The notes beneath the pieces are model-generated. The model worked only from the letters and a program-made list of their open reading frames with translations. It was not told the DNA's origin and made no database searches. DNA of 64,000 nt from Thermoanaerobaculia bacterium. Lineage in GTDB: Bacteria; Acidobacteriota; Thermoanaerobaculia; Multivoradales; Multivoraceae. The position numbers were made by a program, and so were the translations under genes. Each line of letters opens with the position of its first letter. Within the stretch, counting starts at the first letter, position 1. The stretch is taken from the NCBI GenBank assembly GCA_965116145.1, contig OZ220482.1:1729450-1793449 (forward strand). The letters are read 5' to 3'. This document shows, piece by piece, positions 18,656 to 27,200 of the stretch.

Positions 18656-19554
18656 CGCCCGGCGTCCAGCGCCGCCCCGACCGCCTCGGCGGCGCCCCGC
18701 ACGAAGGGGTCGGCAACGTGCACGTACTTCAGCGTCGTGGACGGGTCGCGGTGGCCCAGCAGGCGTCCGATCGTCAGCACCGTCTCGCCCTGGCGAAGTG
18801 CGAAACTGGCGTAGGTGTGGCGCAGATCGTGCAGTCGGACGCCGGGAATTCCTGCGGCCGCGCGCAGGGTCCGCCAGCACCTGTAGAGCGTTTCGGTCGG
18901 CATCGGCCCCGGCTTCTCGGCCGCCGGGAACACCCAGCGCCCGTTGCGCGGTATGCGGTCGAGCGCGGCCCGCGCCGCGGTCGAGAGCCAGACGGTGCGC
19001 GGCCCCGACTTGCTGTCGCGCAGGAACAGGTGACCCTCCCGATACTCGGACCACTTCAGTGTGCGGATCTCGCTCTGACGGCAGCCGGTGAGCAACAGCA
19101 GCCGGACGACGGCGACCGCGCAAGGTGCGACGGGTTCGTGGCCAGCCAGCGCGGCGCCCAGCCTGTGGACCTCCGCGGGCGTGAGGTGCCGCTCCCGGCT
19201 CCGCTCGGCGTACCGGTGAATCCCCACGCAGGGGTTGCTGTTCTCCCGGCGGTAGCCGTAGAGCTCGGCCTGCGCCATGATCACCGAGAGGACCGGAAGC
19301 GACCTGTTGGCGGCGGCCGGCGTGGCGCGCAGCGAAGCGAACCAGCTCGACACGTCGTCCCGCGTGATCCCGCCGATTTGCCGGCCGTTGAACCAGGGAC
19401 CGATCTGGTTTCGAAGATAGGACCGGTTGACGTGAAGGGTGCGTGGCTTCCAGCGGCGTCCGTAGCGGCGGAACACCTCTTCTGTCACGACTTCGAACCG
19501 TCTGCCGGCACCGCCATTGGAGGCGTTGGTCTCGGGTACTCGGCTTGCTGGCAT
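18652..19554 (-). CDS. tyrosine recombinase/integrase 2
   Basis: HDLRHTYASF...LGHRDPSTTLKYVHV. SD sequence GAGAGGAA before the ATG at 19554. Translationally coupled to integrase 1. Confidence 0.8.
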   Translation of the reverse strand: MPASRVPETNASNGGAGRRFEVVTEEVFRRYGRRWKPRTLHVNRSYLRNQIGPWFNGRQIGGITRDDVSSWFASLRATPAAANRSLPVLSVIMAQAELYGYRRENSNPCVGIHRYAERSRERHLTPAEVHRLGAALAGHEPVAPCAVAVVRLLLLTGCRQSEIRTLKWSEYREGHLFLRDSKSGPRTVWLSTAARAALDRIPRNGRWVFPAAEKPGPMPTETLYRCWRTLRAAAGIPGVRLHDLRHTYASFALRQGETVLTIGRLLGHRDPSTTLKYVHVADPFVRGAAEAVGAALDAGR

Positions 19555-20000
19555 CTGCTGTTCCTCTCTGGAGGGTCGGCACGGCTGTTCGGAGGGCCGA
19601 ACGCGGCTTCGGCGCGTCCCCGTCTCGTGCCGCACCCTCGGTATCGGCGGCCGCGCTACGGGGGCATGGCGGCAGCGCGGCGGCTACGCCTCGGGCTCGC
19701 GCGCTTGCCGGATCTGCGGCGCCGGTGGACTGTTAGAGTGCCCGAAGACTGGCGCCCCTGGACCGGAGTCCGGCCATTCGTACATTCGAGTGCGTCGCAT
19801 CGGCGCTCCCGCGTTCGGGGGCCGCGGCGAGAGGTCGGCGGTCGGCTGCAGAGGCCGGCCTGCCAGCCTGCAGTTCTCGGCGACTCGCCGCCGGATCGCG
19901 GCCGGGGCACCGGGCGGCGAGCCTCCTGCCAAGCGTCCTCCTGAGCGCTGCCGCCGTCTCCGTTGGGCCGTCACCGGGCACCGCGCAGCCGGAGTCCGGC

Positions 20001-23000
20001 ATGGACGAGCCGGCCTGGTGCCGTGTCTTCCCGAGCGTTCCGGGCTCAGAGAGTCCCGCGATGTCGGCGGACATCGTTGGCGCGAGGGCGCCAGAGGCAC
20101 AAGCGCTGCATTCGGCACAGACGGTCGGCAGCACCGGGACGGGGAAAACCAGCGAGATCACGATCTACTTCTTCTATACGCAGCAATTCGAGGATCAGAT
20201 GGCGTCCGGCCTGTCGTACGGCAGCGGCGCCGCCGCCAGGAAGGCCGGCGTGACCGGCGAGGTCGAGAAATCCGTCGCTCTGACCAACGAGGCCTTTCGC
20301 AACAGTGGGGTCAACGCCAGGCTGGTCATGGTGGGCATCGAGAAGAGCCTGGACCTGCCCGACAGCGTCTGGAAGGCGCGGGACTGGATCCGCGACAGCG
20401 CCTACGCCAAGGCCGTCCGCAACGCCCGGGCCGCCGATCTGGTCTACGCGCTGATCGATGACGACAACCGGAGCTACGGCGGCTACGCGTGCCGGCACTA
20501 CCCGCAGCGGTATGGCTGGCAGAACGACTTCAATCGCGACGACTGCTTCATGGGCATGATCAACTCCCTGAGAGACCACCACCGTGGCCGGATCGCGAAC
20601 TGGCGGACGATCCTGCGGCACGAGGTGGGCCACAACCTGGGCCTTCAGCACCCACCGGAGGAAATCGGCGGCGGGCCGCGAGATTCCTATCCCGGTGGCC
20701 GCGGCTACCGGAGCCCGTCGTCCTGGCCCGGCCGCGCGTACGGCACGGTGATGTCCCAGTTGACGGTCGTGTCCCAGCGCGTGTCGCGCTTCTCTTCGTC
20801 GACGGAGCGGTGGAGGGACCTGGTCATTGGCAAGAAGGGGATCCACGAGGCGTCGTCGGTTCTCAGGCAGACCGTCGGCTACGTCAGCGAGTACCGGTTC
20901 GACGACCTGGCGGTGCCGAAGGTGACCTGGACGCGCGAGTCGCTGGTTGCCGTGGTCCGGGTCGCCGCCAGTACCGCGTTCGGTCAGGAGGTGGTGTTCA
21001 ACGTGGCCTACGGCGGCGCCGCCGACACTGCGGTCGGCGCCAGCAACCCGGCCCGAGCCGACTACGACAACGACGCCGTGACCTCGGTCACGTTCTCGCC
21101 CACCGACACGTCGAAGACCTTCTTGATTCCGATCACCGACGACAAGGAAGACGAGGACGGCGAGACGTTCACGGTGACCCTCGTGCCGGCAGAGGCCCTG
21201 CCGGAAGGGTTCTCGTTCGGCAACATGAGCACGACCGTGAGCATCGCGGACGATGACCATTCGCCGCTGCTGCGGCCGATCGACGCCGTCCAGGTGCGAG
21301 TCGGAGAGACGGTCGACGTCAGGGCGCATGCGACGGACTGGGACGGCGACGCCATCTCCTACCGCTGGACCCGCAAGGCCGGCGAGACGGTGCCGGCCCT
21401 CCCCGCCGGTACGCGGCAGAACCGCGCCCGGCTCAGGTTCACCCCTCCCGGACCCGGCGTCTACACGATGACGGTGAGAGCCTCGGACCGCAACGGCAAC
21501 GTCGACCGCGAGGAGGTGGTCATCACGGTCGGCACGGTCGCCGGGGGCAACTCCCCGCCGGTGCTGGCGCCGCTGACGGACCGGACGGTGAAGGTCGGCC
21601 AGACGGTGGACATCACTGCGGCGGCGACGGACGCGGACAACGACGCGATCGGCTACGCCTGGACGCGCGATGCGAGCGAGACATCGCCGGCAATTCCGGG
21701 CGGCACGGCGCTGGACCAGGCACGACTGACGTTCCGGGCATCGGCGGTGGGCACGTACACGATGACGGTGACGGCATCGGACGGTAACGGCAACTCGGAC
21801 ACCGAGGAGGTCGTGGTCACGGTGGGCAGTGCCGACACGGTGTCGTTGTCGTCGTCGCTGTCGGTGGCCGAGTCTGCGGGCAGCGCGACGGTGAGGGTGA
21901 CGGTGGCGGCGGCGCTGGGCAGGTCGGTGACCTTCACCTTGACGTACGGCGGGTCGGCGACGGGCGCTGCGAGTCCGGGGGACGGCGACGACTACGACAA
22001 CGATGCGGTGACGCTGGTGACGTTCGGCCCCGCCGACACGGCGAAGGCGATCGCGATACCGATCAGGGACGACGGTCTCGACGAGGACAGCGAGACGATC
22101 GAGGTGACGATCGCGGTGGCGGACGGCGGCACACTGCCGGCGGGCTTCGAGCTGGGCGCCACGACGACAACGGTGACGATCACGGACGACGACGAGTCCC
22201 CCGTGTTGTCGCGGCTGGCGGACCGGACAGTGAAGGTCGGCCAGACGGTGGACATCACGGCCGTGGCGACAGACGGCGACAACGACACGATCGGCTACGC
22301 CTGGACGCGCGATGCGAGAGAGACATCGCCGGCAATTCCGGGCGGCACGGCGCTGGACCAGGCACGACTGACGTTCACGGCATCGGCGGTGGGCACGTAC
22401 ACGATGACGGTGACGGCATCGGACGGCAACGGCAACTCGGACACCGAGGAGGTCGTGGTCACTGTGAGGCCGGCAGACCCGGTGGGCGATGACTCCGGCG
22501 GAGGCGACGGTTCGCCGGGCGGCAACCCGGGTAGCAACGACGGCAACGACGGCGGTGGCACGGGCGGGAATGACGGCTCCAGCGGCGGCGGTCCCGGCCC
22601 ACCTGACGACCCGGGCGGCAACGATGGCGGCAACGGCGCCCCGGGCGGGAACAACGGCAGCGACGGTGGTCCTGCCGGGGCTGACAACGGTCCAGGCGGA
22701 AACAGCGGCGGCCCGGGCTTTGGTGGCGGCTCGGGTGGCGGCGGCACGAACGACGATGACGGTGCGGCCGACGACGGTGATGACGACGACGATCGCGGTG
22801 GCCCAGGCGGTAACGATGACGATTCCGGTGACGGCGACTGGTCAGGCGATGCGGGCGGGGCCGTGCGCGCCTCCTTCACCCTGGACGCTCCCTGCGCCGA
22901 TGGCCTCTGCCGCGCCCGGACCGGCGTCCGCGTGTCGTTCCGGGACACGAGCAGCGGCGCCGTGACCTCGCGGACCTGGAACCTCGGGGACGGCGCGACA

Positions 23001-23999
23001 TCCGGCAGCCGGTCGCTGGAGCATGCCTGGTCCGTGCCCGGGTTCTACACGGTGTCGCTGAGGGTCAGCGGCCGGGGTCCTTCCTCGACCGTGTCGCGCA
23101 AGGTGCTGGTCGTGGCGGCCGACCCGGTCGGTACCTGCGCGGCGGACGGCGAGACGCTGTGCCTTCAGGACTCCCGGTTCTCGGTGAAGATGGACTGGTG
23201 GACCGAGGACGGGACGGGAGGCAGGCGCGGGGCAGGCAAGGTGGTCCGCGAGGGGACGAACGACTCGGGGCTGTTCTGGTTCTTCTCGGCGGTGAACTGG
23301 GAGCTGCTGGTCAAGGTGCTCGACGGCTGCTCGGTTAACGGCCGGATGTGGGTGTACGGCGCCTCGGCGACGACGCTGGGTTACTCACTGACGGTGACGG
23401 ACACGGTGACAGGCGCGGCGCAGGAGTACCGGAACGAACCGGGCAGGCAGGCTGAGGCGTTCACCGACAGCGCGGCCTTCCCCGGAAGCTGCACCGATAC
23501 CGCGACGGCGGCTGCGGCAGCGGCCGCGGACGCCAGCGCCTTGCCACTGGTGGCCGAACCGTTGCCCGAACCGGCGCCGGCGGTGCACCATCTCGCCGTC
23601 GCCACTGTCTCGGTCGCCGCGCCGGCGGAGGACGACGTCTGCACCGACACGGCAACCGCGATGTGCCTCCAGAGGGGCCGCTACGAGGTGACCGTGGCGT
23701 GGTCGAACCTTGACGGCATGAGCGGCAAAGGCCGCACGGCCGGTCCGCGGACGGACGATTCCGGCCTGTTCCACTTCTTCTCGCCGGCGAACTGGGAGAT
23801 CCTGGTCAAGGTGCTCGACGGCTGCAGCTTCAACGACCACCACTGGGTGTTCGCTGCCTCCGCCACGGACGTCGGCTTCGATCTGCGGGTGCGGGACACG
23901 GCGACCGGTCGGACCCGGCGATACACCAGGCAGCCAGGCAAGCCGGCCCGGGCCCTGGTCGACATCTCCGCGTTTCCGCACGCCTGTCAGCGTCGGTAG
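20001..23999 (+). CDS. giant metzincin-type zinc metalloprotease with Calx-beta, cadherin/Ig-like (He_PIG-like), PKD domains and two C-terminal copies of an uncharacterised domain (paralog 1)
   Basis: HEVGHNLGLQH (HExxHxxGxxH) is present. Calx-beta-like units match (DYDNDAVTSVTF...DDKEDEDGETFTV). There are Gly/Asp-rich linkers and a poly-Asp run. No signal peptide is evident at the annotated start. Confidence 0.8.
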   Translation: MDEPAWCRVFPSVPGSESPAMSADIVGARAPEAQALHSAQTVGSTGTGKTSEITIYFFYTQQFEDQMASGLSYGSGAAARKAGVTGEVEKSVALTNEAFRNSGVNARLVMVGIEKSLDLPDSVWKARDWIRDSAYAKAVRNARAADLVYALIDDDNRSYGGYACRHYPQRYGWQNDFNRDDCFMGMINSLRDHHRGRIANWRTILRHEVGHNLGLQHPPEEIGGGPRDSYPGGRGYRSPSSWPGRAYGTVMSQLTVVSQRVSRFSSSTERWRDLVIGKKGIHEASSVLRQTVGYVSEYRFDDLAVPKVTWTRESLVAVVRVAASTAFGQEVVFNVAYGGAADTAVGASNPARADYDNDAVTSVTFSPTDTSKTFLIPITDDKEDEDGETFTVTLVPAEALPEGFSFGNMSTTVSIADDDHSPLLRPIDAVQVRVGETVDVRAHATDWDGDAISYRWTRKAGETVPALPAGTRQNRARLRFTPPGPGVYTMTVRASDRNGNVDREEVVITVGTVAGGNSPPVLAPLTDRTVKVGQTVDITAAATDADNDAIGYAWTRDASETSPAIPGGTALDQARLTFRASAVGTYTMTVTASDGNGNSDTEEVVVTVGSADTVSLSSSLSVAESAGSATVRVTVAAALGRSVTFTLTYGGSATGAASPGDGDDYDNDAVTLVTFGPADTAKAIAIPIRDDGLDEDSETIEVTIAVADGGTLPAGFELGATTTTVTITDDDESPVLSRLADRTVKVGQTVDITAVATDGDNDTIGYAWTRDARETSPAIPGGTALDQARLTFTASAVGTYTMTVTASDGNGNSDTEEVVVTVRPADPVGDDSGGGDGSPGGNPGSNDGNDGGGTGGNDGSSGGGPGPPDDPGGNDGGNGAPGGNNGSDGGPAGADNGPGGNSGGPGFGGGSGGGGTNDDDGAADDGDDDDDRGGPGGNDDDSGDGDWSGDAGGAVRASFTLDAPCADGLCRARTGVRVSFRDTSSGAVTSRTWNLGDGATSGSRSLEHAWSVPGFYTVSLRVSGRGPSSTVSRKVLVVAADPVGTCAADGETLCLQDSRFSVKMDWWTEDGTGGRRGAGKVVREGTNDSGLFWFFSAVNWELLVKVLDGCSVNGRMWVYGASATTLGYSLTVTDTVTGAAQEYRNEPGRQAEAFTDSAAFPGSCTDTATAAAAAAADASALPLVAEPLPEPAPAVHHLAVATVSVAAPAEDDVCTDTATAMCLQRGRYEVTVAWSNLDGMSGKGRTAGPRTDDSGLFHFFSPANWEILVKVLDGCSFNDHHWVFAASATDVGFDLRVRDTATGRTRRYTRQPGKPARALVDISAFPHACQRR
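22860..23999. repeat. direct repeat copy A: near-identical 1.14-kb 3' end of the metalloprotease genes
   Basis: Pairs with 27752..28885. Antisense ORFs 23381..23650 and 28273..28536 are also near-identical. Confidence 0.8.
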
Positions 24000-24229
24000 C
24001 TTGCGCCTCGGAATTCGCGACCGACCCGACAACGGTCCTGTGGCCGCCAGGCCTCCGTCTGGAGCAGATGCGGTGGCGCAGATGGACAGAGGGGCCGCTC
24101 ATGGGCTAGCGTCTGCCCTCTCCCTACAAGCACCGGCGAACAGAACGTGCTTGCGAGCGTCGCGAGGCTGTTCCGATGGCCGATCTGCGAGTCCGGCGCA
24201 AGTGAGTTCTCAGGCATGAGACGTCTGCC

Positions 24230-27200
24230 GTGAAGAGCGCCCCCCTCATCCCGTGGCCAGCGAGATGCAGTTGCGTTCTCGGTTGTCTGCTGGCTGCCGG
24301 TCTGCTGGCGGCGCCTGCTGGATCGCAGCAGCCGGCCGACCACCGGGGACATGGTTGGTGCACCGTCGGTTCCGAGCCGGAGCGCTCCGGGCTCGTTGAC
24401 GTGGCCAGCAGGTCACAAGGACGCGGCAGCCTGCTCCTTCCTCCGGTGGAACTTGTTGCGGAGCAGACCGCAACAGGTTCCTCCGAGATCACGATCCTGT
24501 TCTTCTACACGCAGGAATTCCTGGATGCGGCACGGGGCGCCGATGCCGCCGCCAGGCGGAAGACGATCCGAACGCAGATCAGGAAATCGGTCGACCTTGC
24601 AAACGAGGCGCTGCGCAACAGCGACATCGACGCGACGGTGAGAACGGTGGGGCTCGAGAAGAACCTCGATCTGCCCAACGGCAGGGACGCGGCAATCGAC
24701 TGGATCAGGAACAACAAGTTCGCGAAGAAGCGAAGGAACCAGAAGGCTGCCGACCTAGTGTACGGGCTGGTGCACTCCCGCGAGTCTTTCGGATACGCCT
24801 GTCTTCCCGATCGTGAGGAAGGAAGACGGTGGCATTCCGAGATGTGCCACTACGGGCTTCTCATGTCGGAACGCGGGGTGTACGGCGCAGAGCGCTGGCC
24901 GACCCTTCTCCGACACGAGATCGGCCACAACCTGGGGATAATGCACCAGCTCGGCGCTCCGGTCTACAAGCGGTACAAGGGCCTTGCGGCCGGGGCCCGC
25001 GCCTACCTGAGCCCGCGGGGCAGCTCCAGGTGGGGGACGATCATGACCTCGTGGGCTTCCGACTACCTCGAAGTGCCGCGTTACTCCACGTCCAGGGCGC
25101 GTTGGCAAGGACGGGTGATCGGGCACAGGGGTGTCCATGAAGCGTCTTCGGTCATGCGGCAGACCGTGAAGTACGTGAGCACGTACCGTTCCGCCGCGGC
25201 AGCGGGCGGCGTCCGTACCGTGCCGAAGGTCTCGCTGCCGACGAGTCTCTCGGTGGAGGAAGGGGACGACGTCGAGGTCGAGGTCACGCTCGACCTCGCG
25301 TTCGGTGAGCCGGTGACGTTCAACGTGATCTACGGGGGCAGCGCAAGCGGCGCCAGCAGTCCGGCGGACGGCGACTACGACAACGACGAGGTGACCTCCG
25401 TCACGTTCCTGACGATCGAAACGTCGAAGACGATCAGGATCCCGATCACCGACGACGACGAGGACGAGAGCGACGAGACGATCACCGTGACGATTGTTCC
25501 ATCCGGAACTCTGCCGACCGGTTACGGCCTGGGCAACCTGAAGACAACGGTGACGATCACGGACAACGACGGACTGGTCCTGGGCGACCTCGCCGATGTG
25601 ACGGTCCGGCCGGGCGACACGGTGGACATCACCGCCCAGGCGACGGACGACGACAACGACCCGATCAGCTACGCCTGGACGCGCAAGCCCGGCGAGACGT
25701 CGCCGGCGATTCCGCAGGGTACGGCCCTGGACCGGGCGCGCCTGACGTTCACGGCATCGGCCGTGGGCACGTACACCATGACGGTGACGGCTTCCGACAG
25801 CGCCGGTGACAAGGCCACCGAGAACGTGACGATCACGGTGAGAGCCGCGCCGCCCGCCCCGCCGACGGGCCTGACCGCGACAGCGGCCAGCGGGCAGGTC
25901 ACGCTGGCGTGGACGGAACCGACCGATGAGGGCATCACCGGCTACAAGATGCGCTACGGCAGGACGAGCGCACGAGACAGCGCTGCCTGGGCCTCCATCT
26001 CCGGTTCCGGCGCCGGCACGACAAGCCACACGGTAGCGGGGCTCGACAACGGCTCCGAGTACAGCTTCCAGGTGCGCGCGGCGAATGCGGACGGCGACGG
26101 CGACGCCACGGACTGGGTGAAGGCGACGCCGATCGCAGTCTCGCTGCGCATCGCGGATGTGACGGCGGCCGAGGGCGGGACGTTCGCCTTCGTGGTGACG
26201 GCGGATCCTGTGCCGGCGGCGGATGTGAGCTTCAGCTACACGGTGACGGCGGAGTCCGGTGACACTGCGACGGCCGATACAGATTTCACCGCGGTGACAA
26301 GGGCGAAGGCGGTGATCGCGACCGGCGAGACCAGCACGTCGATCACGGTCGCGGTGACGGACGACGGTCTCGACGAGCCGGACGAGACGTTCACGGTGAC
26401 GCTATCGGCGCCGTCCGACGGAGCGACGATCGGGGCGGCCACGGCGACGGGCACGATCACGGACGACGATGCCTCACCGGTGCTGTCGCTGATCGCGGAC
26501 CGGACGGTGAAGGTCGGCCAGGCGGTGACCATCACGGCGGTGGCGACGGACGGCGACAACGACCCGATCGGCTACGCCTGGACGCGCGCTGCCAGCGAAA
26601 CGCTGCCGCCGCTGCCGGGCGGCACGGCGCTGGACCGGGCGAGGCTGACGTTCACGGCGCCGGCCGTGGGCACGTACACGATGACGGTGACGGCGAACGA
26701 CGGCAACGGCAATGAAGACACCGAGGAGGTGACGATCACGGTAGGCACCGCGGACACGGTGTCGTTGCCGTCGTCGCTGTCGGTGACGGAGGGGACGGAC
26801 AGCAGCGCGGCGTTGCGGATCACGGCGTCCGCGGCGCTCGGGGAGTCGGTGACGCTGAGCGTGACGTACAGCGACACGACGGCGACGGGCGCTGCCGATC
26901 CTGCAGCGGGCGACTACGGCAGCAACGCGGTGAGATCGGTGCCGTTCGGCCCAGCCGACACGGTTCAGGACATCGCGATTCCGATCACGGACGACGATCT
27001 GGACGAGCCCGCCGAGACCTTCACGGTGACGATCTCGGTCTCGGGTGAGCTGCCCGAGGGCTTCATCCTGGGCAACGCGGCGACGACGGTGACGATCGTG
27101 GACGACGACGAGTCACCGGTGCTGTCGCCGATCACGGACCTGGCGGTCACGGTCGGCCAGGTCGTGGACATCACGGCGGCGGCGAGGGACGGCGACAACG

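Noticed and set aside
17633-19582. N-terminal 309 codons of the 714-aa ORF upstream of the integrase-1 start
   Set aside because: Junk-like Arg/Pro-rich sequence that overlaps integrase 2 in another frame. The recombinase homology begins at MTRPPTF (18655).
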